DNA from: a virus
Lineage: Duplodnaviria > Caudoviricetes
DNA length: 44,740 nt
Virus record (IMG/VR): IMGVR_UViG_3300049043_000054
Span: 1-44,740 of that record
Strand: one strand, 5' to 3'
Numbering within the stretch: the stretch's first letter is position 1; every line of letters begins with the position of its first letter. Position numbers and translations under genes: made by a program. The notes beneath the pieces are model-generated. The model made no database searches, was not told the origin of the DNA, and saw nothing but the letters and a program-made list of their open reading frames with translations. Shown here in pieces: positions 10,056-20,352 of this stretch.

Positions 10056-11042
10056 ATGATTAACAGTCAATTTGCAGCGGGTGGTACGCTTGATACTATG
10101 ATCCACTCGATGCTTGATCGTTCTCGACGTAAGCTTATCATGGCTTCCATTAAGTCTAATGCACTTGTTGCATGGGCTATGGCGAATGATAAGGTTGAGT
10201 TGGAAAATGGTGGTGCTAACATCACTAATCCACTCACGCTTGGTCGTAACGGCAACATCGCATCGTATCAGTACTACGATGAAGTGCCTGTCAATGAGAC
10301 TAGCGAGTTCACTACGATTGGCTATGGCTGGTCGCGTGTTGCTGGTACGTTGATTGTGTCTGATCAAGAGATTGATGAAAACACTGGTGAAGCTGCTCTG
10401 TTCAAAATCTTGACTGAGAAGCTTAACGTGTTGGAAATGTCAATCAAAGAGAAGTTTAGTGAGTATCTGTACGGTGCTGGCACTGGTACTGATCCTCTTG
10501 GACTTGCTGCTTTGATCCCTGATGATCCGACTACAGGAACACTTGGTGGTTTGTCACGTGCTAATGAGCAGCAATGGCGTACATCTGCGTATCAATTTGC
10601 TGGTGCGCTTGATCCTACGAACATTGAAGAAGCGATGGATGATATTCTGCTTGACTTGAAGCTGAAAAGCGACAAGCCAGATGTTATCATCGTTGGGCGT
10701 AACATCCTTCGCATGTATCGTCAAGCGGTGCGTGACAAGGTTATGATCACGCTTGATCAGTCTAGCAAGGGCAAGGGCATGTATGACCTTGGCTTTGAAG
10801 GCGTCACACATAACGGTATTCCAATGTTGTACGATGAAGATTGCGGTGTGAACCGTGCGTACTTTATCAACAGCACCTACCTTCGTGCGCACATTCTCAA
10901 AGGTGTGAATATGCGCACTAAGAACCTGGTTGCGCCGTGGACTGTGGATGCTATTGGTAAACGTGTTGTGTGGCAGGGTAACTTCTGTAACTGGAAGTGC
11001 TTCCGTACACACGCTGTCCTGCGCAACGGAACAACGGGGTAA
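10056..11042 (+). CDS. Major capsid protein
   Basis: 328 aa; GGANITNPL, LYGAGTG..PLGLAALI, TGTLGGLSRA...WR, LGFEGVTHNGIPMLYD, AYFINSTYL pattern of HK97-fold podovirus MCPs; strongly biased codons. Confidence 0.9.
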   Translation: MINSQFAAGGTLDTMIHSMLDRSRRKLIMASIKSNALVAWAMANDKVELENGGANITNPLTLGRNGNIASYQYYDEVPVNETSEFTTIGYGWSRVAGTLIVSDQEIDENTGEAALFKILTEKLNVLEMSIKEKFSEYLYGAGTGTDPLGLAALIPDDPTTGTLGGLSRANEQQWRTSAYQFAGALDPTNIEEAMDDILLDLKLKSDKPDVIIVGRNILRMYRQAVRDKVMITLDQSSKGKGMYDLGFEGVTHNGIPMLYDEDCGVNRAYFINSTYLRAHILKGVNMRTKNLVAPWTVDAIGKRVVWQGNFCNWKCFRTHAVLRNGTTG

Positions 11043-11046
11043 CATC

Positions 11047-11439
11047 ATGGCACAACGTAGGTCAAAGCGTTTTCAGATTGAAGTAGTGCACAATAAGGAG
11101 CTGCTTCAAACTAAGTACACGCGCAACAAAGACAAAAATGTTGAAGAAATCGAAGATGAAGATGGCAACATGATTGCTAATCCAAACTTCGGTAAAAACT
11201 TCATTGAAGTCAAAGATGCGGAAATTGTGCCAGAAAGCTACATGGTGTATTTCCCTGCGGGTCATAGCGTATGGTTTCGCACCAAAGCTGATATGGCACG
11301 TGCTGGTATTGTTGAGAACGAAAACTTCGAGATTGATCTCAACACTGGCTTGCCAGTAGAGGTTGAACGTATGCTTGACTTGAAGCAGCATGTGATGAAA
11401 AACACACGCGAAGTTCGCGTGACTAATCGGAGGGCCTGA
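11047..11439 (+). CDS. Hypothetical protein (130 aa)
   Basis: ATG at 11047 after GGGGT; the track start at 10930 overlaps the MCP and is unlikely. Confidence 0.75.
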   Translation: MAQRRSKRFQIEVVHNKELLQTKYTRNKDKNVEEIEDEDGNMIANPNFGKNFIEVKDAEIVPESYMVYFPAGHSVWFRTKADMARAGIVENENFEIDLNTGLPVEVERMLDLKQHVMKNTREVRVTNRRA

Positions 11440-11442
11440 CAA

Positions 11443-12114
11443 ATGCCGCGTCGTATTCCTACCTTCTTTCCGCAACGTGTGCGTATGAATGTGCGTCGCA
11501 AGGCGTACACTTCTGGTATTGAAGGTGATGATCTGATCACCGCTGAGTTTGGCGCACCGCTTGCGGCAAACAATACAGCAATCCTCGCAGCGCAAAGCAT
11601 TGCTTCTGCGGGCAATACCAGTACATTTGCTGCATACACTGCAAGTGAAGGGCAAATGGGTCGTTGGGGTCGTGGTGTTCGTGTTGTTGCATCTGGCGCT
11701 TCGACTGCATTGGTTACGATTACTGGTCGTGACTATCTTGGTCAGCGTATGCAAGAGGTGCTTACGCTCAATGGTACTACGCCTGTGCTTGGTTTCAAGG
11801 CGTTTCGTTACATTGATAACGTCGCATGGGCTGCCGGTGGTGCTGTCACACTTGATGTTGGCATCACTAACCTGTTTGGTTTGCCTGAAAAGGGCAAAGC
11901 TATAGTTAATGAAATCAAGAATGGTGCTGCCAGTGCTAATGCTGGTACGTTCGTTGCAGGTCTTGCCAATGCACTGACTTCTACTAGTACGAACGCAGAT
12001 GTGCGCGGTACGTACCTGCCTGTGACTGTCATTCCTGACGGTACAAACACGTTTGAAGTTCGGTACATTGCCGATACTTCAAACCTACACGGTAATGCTC
12101 AGTTTGCTGCATAA
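11443..12114 (+). CDS. Putative virion structural/decoration protein (223 aa)
   Basis: Beta-rich Ala/Gly/Thr protein (VTITGRDYLGQRMQEVLTLNGTTPVLGFKAF); GGAGG RBS; followed by a terminator. Confidence 0.7.
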   Translation: MPRRIPTFFPQRVRMNVRRKAYTSGIEGDDLITAEFGAPLAANNTAILAAQSIASAGNTSTFAAYTASEGQMGRWGRGVRVVASGASTALVTITGRDYLGQRMQEVLTLNGTTPVLGFKAFRYIDNVAWAAGGAVTLDVGITNLFGLPEKGKAIVNEIKNGAASANAGTFVAGLANALTSTSTNADVRGTYLPVTVIPDGTNTFEVRYIADTSNLHGNAQFAA

Positions 12115-12144
12115 CGTGTAGCCTTTGCTGTAGCTGCTAACTTG

Positions 12145-12177
12145 GCCTGTCAGTGTTGATCACTGGCAGGCTCTTTT
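12145..12177 (+). terminator. Rho-independent terminator after the capsid module
   Basis: GCCTGTCAGTG-ttgat-CACTGGCAGGC followed by TCTTTT. Confidence 0.8.
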
Positions 12178-12193
12178 CAGCAAGGACTTTGTA

Positions 12194-12889
12194 ATGGCAT
12201 TTCTTTCATACACTGCCTTGGTTCAATCAACCATACGTGCCTTGCGCATGGTTGCTGGACCGAGTACACAACAATACGCAGAAGATGCTATTGGTGATAA
12301 AATCCGTGAAGTGTATGAGACTGTGCGCATGGAACGCTGGTGGGATCATCTAATGCGGTGGGAAGCGCACCAATTAGATGGAACCACCGGCAAAATCGTA
12401 GGCACTATTAGCAATGCCACGCAAGGTTGGCAAGATGTACAATATGTGTACTACGGCAACAATCCGCGTCCAATGGATCAGCTATCATCCATGGAAAATC
12501 CATATCGTATAACTGGTACTACACCGCGATACGTTGAACCATTGAACATTGTTGATGATCCTGAACGCAACAAGCTGTTTAGGGTCTGGCCACTCACTTC
12601 ACTTACCACAGTTGATAAGCCAATACGCTTGCGTGTACGTAGTGATCCTGCTAATCTATTCACTACGCCATCAGTCATTGTGCCATTTGATGAATGGGTG
12701 TTAGTAAATGGTGCTGCATTTAAGTATTCTGCTACAGATGCTGCAAACGCTGCACAGACGGCAGAACATCAGGCAGCGTTTGAAACGCGTCTCACACAGA
12801 TAATTCGTCGGTATGACTCTGCTGTTATTGTGCTTGATCCGCGCCGCACCAATCCCAATGGTGTTGATGAATGGTGGGAGCAACGCTGA
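12194..12889 (+). CDS. Putative head-tail adaptor / tail tubular protein A
   Basis: Size (231 aa), position, helical N-terminus and VPFDEWVLVNGAA segment. Confidence 0.6.
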   Translation: MAFLSYTALVQSTIRALRMVAGPSTQQYAEDAIGDKIREVYETVRMERWWDHLMRWEAHQLDGTTGKIVGTISNATQGWQDVQYVYYGNNPRPMDQLSSMENPYRITGTTPRYVEPLNIVDDPERNKLFRVWPLTSLTTVDKPIRLRVRSDPANLFTTPSVIVPFDEWVLVNGAAFKYSATDAANAAQTAEHQAAFETRLTQIIRRYDSAVIVLDPRRTNPNGVDEWWEQR

Positions 12890-14628
12890 TGCAGCTAATA
12901 CGTCCTAACCGCAATCCATCATTGCGCATCACTCGACAGATACCCAATGTTGAGAAGATACGTGTAAGAGAAGCTAGAGAGTTTAAGGGCGGGTTGAATA
13001 CATTCGACACGCCTCTTAATCTATCAACGCGCTTTATTGTCGAATGCCGCAATCTATACCCTGATACTAATGGGCGACTACGCTTGCGGTATGGCACATC
13101 TGTGTTTGCAGACGTGACGGGTGTGCTTGATGAAATCATTGCTATGGAATACTACAATACAGCCATCATTGCTGTAGGTAAAAATGGCAAGATTGTCAGC
13201 ATCAATGCTTCTGGCGTAGTCACATTACGATGGGACGCAACGATTGCAGACAACAGTGTTGCGCCTAGCGGCAATAACTCACCTACCGGCTGGTCAACCA
13301 ATCTCACGTTTGTCAGCTTTACGCAGTTTGCTGGTGATCTAATCATTTGCAATGGCGTTGATAAGCCGCTGCGTATGCAGCCTAACTATGCTTGCACGTA
13401 TCTGTACGATGCAGGTACTGGTAGCAACGTGAATGTGCCGATTGCCAAGTTTTGCGCCACATGCAATAACTACCTTATTCTTGCTAATACACCGACAGAT
13501 AAAACTACGCTATACATCGGCATGAAAGCCGTTGCAGGCACGTTTGTCGGTGATCCAGGTGTGGACAATGATGCTGTTAATTTTGTCACAAACACGTATG
13601 TCAATCGTGGCAGTCCAGACATAACAGGGCTTGCAGCGTTTCGTGACACATTAGTTGTGTCGTTTAATGAAACCTTGCTGGCAATCAAGCTTGGTGTGTA
13701 CAATGATGCTGCTAATCCAGTACACATTCCTGATGTAGAAGATGTAATCGAAAACTATGGTAGTGTTAGCCATCGCTGCCTTGTACCTCTTGGTGACGAC
13801 ATTCTACTGCTTGATCAAGCAGGCATGGCCGGGGTACAGCGCGCAGCATTGACTGCTAGATTGTCACCAACACGCGAAAGCACACTCATTGGTACAGATT
13901 TGCAGCAAGCCTTGGCACCATTCACTGCCGCACAGCTAGAACGTAATGTGTTTGCTATACATGATCGCATTGCGCAGCACATTTTGTTCTTCGTACCAAA
14001 GAGCAGTACTGTTACAACGACGACAGATAACAATGTATTTGTGTATTGCTTTGATCGTGCGCAAAAGTTCAATGCTTGGGCATACTTTGATCAAATGGCG
14101 TATCGCTGCGGTTGTCGTACAACAGAAGGGCGCATATTCCTTGCGCAAGGTGTGAAGGTATTCTTCTATCATAATCAGTACAATCCATTGTACAATGATT
14201 ATGCAGTCGGCGGTACGCAACCATGGGATACAGGGCAGTTGTGGGATGATAACACAGGTTGGGAAGAATTATCAAACGCTGTAGGTGCGCCGATACCATA
14301 TACATTTGCAACGCCTTGGTCAGACATGCGTGCTACGGGCCTATTGAAGTACTCAAAGTACGCATCAGTGTTGTGCGAAGGCAATGGTACATTCTCACTG
14401 CAAATGTTCATTGACGAGTTCTTGCAGCCAGAGTTGTCCATGCAGTTTCAAATGACTGAAATACCTGCGGGTATTGATGTAGCAGTTAGACCTGCAAATA
14501 ACGCACAGCTATATGCATGGCCCGCTAAGTTTAACACAATGCGAATGCGTGTCACTGGCGAAAGCAATGCATACATAGCATTCGTTGCATTGCAAATGTA
14601 TTACATCACTGGCTCCATCAGGAGATAA
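12889..14628 (+). CDS. Putative tail nozzle / tubular protein B (P22 gp10-like beta-propeller)
   Basis: FKGGLN, CRNL, G.LRLRYG, IICNGVDKP, ITGLAAFRDTLVV pattern; TGATG coupling. Confidence 0.75.
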   Translation: MQLIRPNRNPSLRITRQIPNVEKIRVREAREFKGGLNTFDTPLNLSTRFIVECRNLYPDTNGRLRLRYGTSVFADVTGVLDEIIAMEYYNTAIIAVGKNGKIVSINASGVVTLRWDATIADNSVAPSGNNSPTGWSTNLTFVSFTQFAGDLIICNGVDKPLRMQPNYACTYLYDAGTGSNVNVPIAKFCATCNNYLILANTPTDKTTLYIGMKAVAGTFVGDPGVDNDAVNFVTNTYVNRGSPDITGLAAFRDTLVVSFNETLLAIKLGVYNDAANPVHIPDVEDVIENYGSVSHRCLVPLGDDILLLDQAGMAGVQRAALTARLSPTRESTLIGTDLQQALAPFTAAQLERNVFAIHDRIAQHILFFVPKSSTVTTTTDNNVFVYCFDRAQKFNAWAYFDQMAYRCGCRTTEGRIFLAQGVKVFFYHNQYNPLYNDYAVGGTQPWDTGQLWDDNTGWEELSNAVGAPIPYTFATPWSDMRATGLLKYSKYASVLCEGNGTFSLQMFIDEFLQPELSMQFQMTEIPAGIDVAVRPANNAQLYAWPAKFNTMRMRVTGESNAYIAFVALQMYYITGSIRR

Positions 14629-14630
14629 CA

Positions 14631-16667
14631 ATGGTCAGCAATATCAATCCTGGTTTTATCACAACGGCGCCAGTATCAAAGACTGGTATGGCTGCGCAGT
14701 TAGCATTTGCGCGTGATGAAATCTCAGCACTGCAAGCTAGTGTGGGGAACATTGGCGAGTACTTTACACAGGTAGGTACTGGTGCTGAACAGCGTACATG
14801 GGCTAACAAGGTTGCCGAATTGGGCTTGTATGCTGGTGACTTTGGTGCAGACTTCACAGGTGTAACGGATGCGCAAGCAGATTTGCAAAATCTGTTTAAT
14901 GCTGCTGCATCGCAAGGCAAGATTGCTATTATACCTGACGGTGTGTTTCGTGTTAATTCTGCACTGACATTACCTGCTGCCGCTGCGGGTTTAATCATGC
15001 GTGGTAGGATTGTGTACTATGGCACAGGAACCGCATTGACCATTGGCAGCGCAAACAATTCATCGCGTGTTCAGTACAAATGGTTTGATGGCATTCATAT
15101 TGAGCGCAACACTACGGCAGATTGGACTAGCGAGTCTGACATTGGATTGCTTGCGCGTAACTGCGATAACTGCTACCTCAATGTGCGCCGCGTCAAAGGC
15201 TTTACTATTGGTATGCGTACGCTAGGTGCTGCTGCTGGTAGCGGTAGCGGTCTTGCACATGGCTTTGAAGATAATCTGATATTTATTGGTCAGATTGTTG
15301 ATTGCCGTTATGGGCTTGATGTACGCACTGATGGTCAGTTTTCATGGAACAATGCTAACAGGTACTTTGGTGGACACTTTGCAAACAGCAGCACCACAAA
15401 TGTAACGCTGTCTCGCTTTGGTGTGCGGTTCTCTCGTGCTGACATTCTAAGCTATAATTTGCACAATCAGCATGTGTTCTATGGCCCATCGTTTGAATTG
15501 CAGCGCCGTAATGGTGACGGCACTAATTACCGCGATGCAATTCCATTTCTAGTAGAAGTGACTGCACGTGGCATTGTATCACATGACATGCGTATGGAAG
15601 CATGTACTAATTTCACAGCACGACACACAGCCAATGCGCAAGATTGCTTCTATGATGTAGCCTATGTTGGATCATGGGGCTACAATCTAAGTGTTGACTA
15701 CGACGCAGCAGTTACTCGTGCTGGCGGTATTGTGCGTGTAATGCACCAGATGGGTGGTGTTGAAGAAACACAGCGTTTGATTGTTGACATACCATCTGCA
15801 CGTGAAGCTGTGTATTTTGATGAAGAAATTGAAGCCAATGGCAAAGCTTTTGAGAAGCTTGCTATACTTGCAGGTACTGCCGCAGGCAGCACATTAGATG
15901 CAATGGTGCTGACTGGTGGGCGTGATAGCTTTGAACTGACTACTAATGACGTAGGCATCAATGGCGCATACGCTGTAGGCTTTATTGTAGATTGTTCATC
16001 CTGCAAAGAGTTTTCTCTAGCAATAGGCGGTAGTAATCTGCAAATGGTTGTTGCGCAGTGGGATGGCTCACAGAATGAGTTGGGCAGTCTTGTACCTGTA
16101 CGCTTTGCAGGCATAAGTTGCATATACGATGCAACCGCGCGTTGGTGGGCAGCGGGTACTAACTTCGATGCGACAACGCCTGTAACGAATGAGGCCGCAC
16201 AGAAGTACTATGAACATCAGCGCATCACACTTCATCCTAATGCACAGTTTGCATTCATTGGTGTGCTTGGTGAGGGCGCGTCGCCAATCACTGGCAGGCT
16301 TAAAGCATTGCGCTTGTATGTTCCTGCACGTGCGCAGACACCACGCATCTTGTACGGCGGTCAATACAAGTGGGGATCACGTGTAAAAGAGTTTCTGATT
16401 AACTATCCTAGCGGCATATCACAAGGACCAAACAGCTATAGTGTCGTGACACACACTGTAGCAGGAATGCGTCAAGGTGATCAAGTGCAAGTGTCGTATG
16501 ATCCCGGCACAGGCTTTCATAATGGTGGGCTTATACTTCATGCATTGCCAGGTATGGGTACTGGATCAAGTAACACACTTGCAGTCGTACAGCAAAACAT
16601 AAGCGCAGGAACAATCAATTCTGCTGCTGGCAATCTATTTGTACGTTGGACACGTAGGAGCGCATGA
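14631..16667 (+). CDS. Tailspike / receptor-binding protein with putative beta-helix
   Basis: DFGADFTGVTDAQADLQ...IPDGVFRVNSALTL is a pectate-lyase-3-like beta-helix start; position after the nozzle. Confidence 0.8.
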   Translation: MVSNINPGFITTAPVSKTGMAAQLAFARDEISALQASVGNIGEYFTQVGTGAEQRTWANKVAELGLYAGDFGADFTGVTDAQADLQNLFNAAASQGKIAIIPDGVFRVNSALTLPAAAAGLIMRGRIVYYGTGTALTIGSANNSSRVQYKWFDGIHIERNTTADWTSESDIGLLARNCDNCYLNVRRVKGFTIGMRTLGAAAGSGSGLAHGFEDNLIFIGQIVDCRYGLDVRTDGQFSWNNANRYFGGHFANSSTTNVTLSRFGVRFSRADILSYNLHNQHVFYGPSFELQRRNGDGTNYRDAIPFLVEVTARGIVSHDMRMEACTNFTARHTANAQDCFYDVAYVGSWGYNLSVDYDAAVTRAGGIVRVMHQMGGVEETQRLIVDIPSAREAVYFDEEIEANGKAFEKLAILAGTAAGSTLDAMVLTGGRDSFELTTNDVGINGAYAVGFIVDCSSCKEFSLAIGGSNLQMVVAQWDGSQNELGSLVPVRFAGISCIYDATARWWAAGTNFDATTPVTNEAAQKYYEHQRITLHPNAQFAFIGVLGEGASPITGRLKALRLYVPARAQTPRILYGGQYKWGSRVKEFLINYPSGISQGPNSYSVVTHTVAGMRQGDQVQVSYDPGTGFHNGGLILHALPGMGTGSSNTLAVVQQNISAGTINSAAGNLFVRWTRRSA

Positions 16668-16668
16668 T

Positions 16669-16929
16669 ATGGATAATCTCACTTTCATCAATCGCATTGC
16701 TGAAAGTAGCCCTGTAATCATTGCAATCATGCTTGCAGGTTATATTGCTTGCTGGCATGTGATGCAGTCACTTCTGCGCAGGTTAGACAGAAAGGATGCG
16801 CAGTTACTTGAATTAAACAATGAAATGTTGACTGCTGTAGCGGCAGTTACTAAGGCAGTAGAGCGTTTGACTGACTCCATATTGTACCGCAACGCTAGAA
16901 TGACGCGAAATAATGATGAAGAATTGTGA
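16669..16929 (+). CDS. Small membrane protein (one TM plus coiled coil), possibly holin-like
   Basis: AGGAG RBS before ATG 16669; hydrophobic PVIIAIMLAGYIACW followed by a heptad region. Confidence 0.6.
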   Translation: MDNLTFINRIAESSPVIIAIMLAGYIACWHVMQSLLRRLDRKDAQLLELNNEMLTAVAAVTKAVERLTDSILYRNARMTRNNDEEL

Positions 16930-16938
16930 GAAAAGGGC

Positions 16939-16966
16939 TTGACAAGTTAGGATTTCGGGCTATAAT
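16939..16966 (+). promoter_or_regulatory. Consensus sigma70 promoter with a palindrome over the -10
   Basis: TTGACA-16 nt-TATAAT; GGGCTA-TAA-TAGCCC overlaps the -10. Confidence 0.75.
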
Positions 16967-16992
16967 AGCCCAAAAGGGCTTGGGCAGCTAGT

Positions 16993-17457
16993 ATGTCAAT
17001 ACGTATCCGCACTTACAAGCATAGCAATGACTACTCACACGTGCTGACACTAGCTGCTGCAATGCATAATGAGAGTAAATACACACATAAACCGTTCATG
17101 CGTGATGCTGTGTATGAGTTTTTGGAGCGAATTGATAATACCACGCTGATTGGATACGTTGCAGAGCACAATCAGCGTGGTATTGTTGGGTTTATATGCG
17201 TAACACAGATGCCATACATCTTTACTGATGGCTTCTTTGTACATGACCTGGCATTTTATGTAGTGCCAGAGATGCGTCACACATTAGCCTTTGCTGCATT
17301 GCTACGTGCTGTCGAAGATTACGCTAAAAGTGCTGGCGCAGATGCTGTAATGTTGGGCATTACGGCTCCACACGATGTTTCTCGTACGGCTCGTGCTTAT
17401 ACTAAGCGCGGCTATCAAACATTTGGTGTATTCATGCGCAAGGAGATAGGACAATGA
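16993..17457 (+). CDS. GNAT-family acetyltransferase
   Basis: YVAE...IVGFI, FYVVPEMR, LLRAVEDYAKSAGA.AVMLG, Y.KRGY motifs. Confidence 0.85.
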   Translation: MSIRIRTYKHSNDYSHVLTLAAAMHNESKYTHKPFMRDAVYEFLERIDNTTLIGYVAEHNQRGIVGFICVTQMPYIFTDGFFVHDLAFYVVPEMRHTLAFAALLRAVEDYAKSAGADAVMLGITAPHDVSRTARAYTKRGYQTFGVFMRKEIGQ

Positions 17458-18380
17458 GTTTTGGCGGCGGATATAAACCACCACCCGACAATTCGCTACA
17501 GTTGCAGCGCGAACAGTTTGCACGTGAAGATGCAAACCGTACTGCGGAACGGCAGCGGCAAGAAGAAGAAACAGCACGGCGACGTGGCGAGTTTAATACC
17601 GCACGTACTAATGCTGAAACTGCATTTCGTACACGCGCAGGTGCGCGTTTAACTGCACGTGGGCTTGATCCTGCACAGTATGGTAATCTAATTGATGCAG
17701 CCATTACTGGTGGTAGAAATGCAACGCCTGATCTTGATACAAACCCTGCGCAGTACTTTACAGACTCATTGCTTGACAATGCTGTAAGCCGTGCTGAGTC
17801 TGATCGTCGTGCAAACTTCACGCAACAAACAAACCGTGCGTTTGCTAATAATTTTGAGCGTGGATTGTTTCAAGATACTGCGGATGATCCATTCATTGAT
17901 GCAATACTTGGTACGCAGCGTGGTGAAGCTGTACGTGCGCTTGATCTTGCGAAGGGTCGTGGCAGTCTTGATCAAACAGGCTATGATGCTGCACTTGCAA
18001 GGCTTGGGCAGATGGAACAAGCAGGACGAAGCACAGCAAATAATCTAGGTGGCGCAGTATTACAAGGCTATCGCACTCGTGTGCGTGATGTTGGTAATCG
18101 TGCTAGAGAAGCTGCGGGATCATACAGCCTAGGTAGTGATTTCAACCTTGGTGGTTATCAGAGTGAATTGTCTGATCTGACTGGTAACTTGCGTAGGTCA
18201 CTAGAGGGCGATATTAACGCTGCATTGGCAGGAAAACAATTCTTTGATCTTGGCGATATATTAACACGCGGTGGTAGTGCGCAAGGCCCTGTCAATCCTG
18301 TGACATTACCGGGATACATGGCTGAACGTGAACGTGTTCGCAATGCTGAACGCGGCGTTGGCGGTGGTGGAACATTCTAA
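17454..18380 (+). CDS. Putative internal virion (ejection) protein
   Basis: MSFGGG-PPP start, helical Ala/Arg/Gly-rich; follows the GNAT as in other podoviruses. Confidence 0.65.
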   Translation: MSFGGGYKPPPDNSLQLQREQFAREDANRTAERQRQEEETARRRGEFNTARTNAETAFRTRAGARLTARGLDPAQYGNLIDAAITGGRNATPDLDTNPAQYFTDSLLDNAVSRAESDRRANFTQQTNRAFANNFERGLFQDTADDPFIDAILGTQRGEAVRALDLAKGRGSLDQTGYDAALARLGQMEQAGRSTANNLGGAVLQGYRTRVRDVGNRAREAAGSYSLGSDFNLGGYQSELSDLTGNLRRSLEGDINAALAGKQFFDLGDILTRGGSAQGPVNPVTLPGYMAERERVRNAERGVGGGGTF

Positions 18381-18392
18381 TAGGAGTGTAGC

Positions 18393-19405
18393 ATGGATCC
18401 TTTTACCATAGCAATGCTGCTTTCTGCTGGATCAAGTGCAGCAGGAGTTGGTTTGGGCGCTTTACAGGCTGGGCAGGCACAACGAGCCGCTAATGTGCAG
18501 AATGATCTTGCAATGCGGCAATTCTACATCAATCGTCGCATTGCACAACAGCAAGAAGAAATGGCTCGTGCAGGCACACGTAATGCTCGTGGTGATGTTA
18601 CTGAGTATGTTCCTGGTGTTGGTTGGGTAGAACGCCAAGTGCTGTAACACAAGGCATGATTGCTGCATCTGACCAAGAACAGCGTCAACGACTCACACAA
18701 GATATGCCACGTGCGCGTATGCTACGTGAAGCTAATTTCGGCAGGCAATTAGCAGAAGGTAATATGGCTGATAGTATTCTATCAGGCATAAATACAGGTT
18801 CGCAAAGCGTTGAAGATTTGCGAGGAGCGTTGATCCGTGCGGGAGCAGCTAAAGCTACTGGTGGTGCTGATGATATGCGTAAGCGTATCGGTCTTGTATC
18901 ACTTCGCAGTGGTACTGGCGGTCAAGAGGCACTTGCTAGACTAGGCCGCAATGGGCTTGCTGATACACGTACAGCGATTGCAGAAGCTGATCTTGAAGCG
19001 CCTAGTGAGTATGTAGCACGTCGCGGTGCGCGTGTTAATTCACGTCTAAATCAATATGGCGCACTTGCTGCACGTTCATCTGCACCAGAAGGTACACCGT
19101 TCACTCCTACTGTGCTAGATGAAAAGCTAAGCGATACGCTGCGTAGCCGTGCTAATATGGCACCGCAAGCATTGGGTAGTGCAATGAGTCTTGAGGGTCC
19201 GGCAATTCGGTTTGCTGAAAACCGTACGCCAGTGGCGCTTGATAGCATTGGACAGTATCTGCAAGGACTTACTCGCATGGCTGAGCGTGAAGGTTGGCGT
19301 AATCGTGGCGCATACAACAACAATCCTTCATCGCTATCATTCAGCAATGTCAATCGCCCTGTGTCATACAATGAAGCGTGGGCGTCTAGTAACTATCTCC
19401 AGTAA
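18393..19405 (+). CDS. Putative internal virion protein (~337 aa), apparent 1-nt deletion at ~18635
   Basis: MDPFTIAMLLSAG hydrophobic start typical of ejection proteins; ORFs 18393-18647 and 18623-19405 join as WVERPSAVTQ with one extra C. Confidence 0.7.
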
Positions 19406-19428
19406 CTGTCTAATGTGAGGCTGAAACA

Positions 19429-20352
19429 ATGGCACGATATAGTCTGACAGTAGTTAGGCCAACACGCATTGGTCGTGTAAGTGCGCCGGGTTCGGATGAA
19501 TTGCGTAGTGCGATGGCTGGTGAACAGGCTATGGCACAGGCCATGTTGCAGCCTGGGGCTAGTCAAGTCATAGGACACCGCTTCCTTGCTGAGCAGAAAG
19601 CACTAGATGCTAAGCGTGATTACACATTAGCAACGGAGCAGCATGATCAAACACTTGCTGACATGCGTGAAGAGGATCGTCGTCGTGCGTTAGAGGATCA
19701 GGCAACACGCAATCGTCATGCATTGATTACCGCAGGTATTAACAATCCTGCGGGTATGTCAGCTTCTGCTGCGCCAGAAGTAGAAGGATTGATTGACCCT
19801 GCGGCACGTGACTTGTATCGCAGCTTGTTGCGTGAGAATGTTGCTGCTGCGGGTCGCAGATATTCATTGCGTCCAGAGGGAAGTGGTGAGGTTAGCCCAA
19901 ATGTACAAGCAAACATTGATCAGCGCAATGCTGCGTTAATTGAGCGTTCTATCAACGCTGCAAGGACTGATTTGACACGTCGAGAGTCTGCTATCATGGC
20001 AGATGCTGCTCGTAGATTGCAGACAGAGTTTAATCAAGCGCGCAGACAAGCAATCATTCAAGAGCGTGATACTGCTATTGCTAGTGCAAGACAGCGCGCT
20101 AATGATTTGATTACTGGTCTTGAAGCACAGCGTCGTGGTGGTGGCCGGGGTAATGTTGATGCATCACCACAGGGTAATGCACAAGCATCTGCACCACCTA
20201 CACAGGAGCAAACTGCGACACTAGATAATGCACAATCATCTATAAGAGAATTACGCTTACAGCAAGCGCGCGAAGCATTGGCACGTGGCGCACCTAGGTC
20301 ACAGGTTGAACAAGTGCTTAGACAACAAGGCATTGATCCAGGAGCATTGTAA
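19429..20352 (+). CDS. Putative internal virion protein (coiled coil)
   Basis: 307 aa helical Ala/Gln/Arg-rich; TAATG coupling to the next gene. Confidence 0.65.
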   Translation: MARYSLTVVRPTRIGRVSAPGSDELRSAMAGEQAMAQAMLQPGASQVIGHRFLAEQKALDAKRDYTLATEQHDQTLADMREEDRRRALEDQATRNRHALITAGINNPAGMSASAAPEVEGLIDPAARDLYRSLLRENVAAAGRRYSLRPEGSGEVSPNVQANIDQRNAALIERSINAARTDLTRRESAIMADAARRLQTEFNQARRQAIIQERDTAIASARQRANDLITGLEAQRRGGGRGNVDASPQGNAQASAPPTQEQTATLDNAQSSIRELRLQQAREALARGAPRSQVEQVLRQQGIDPGAL

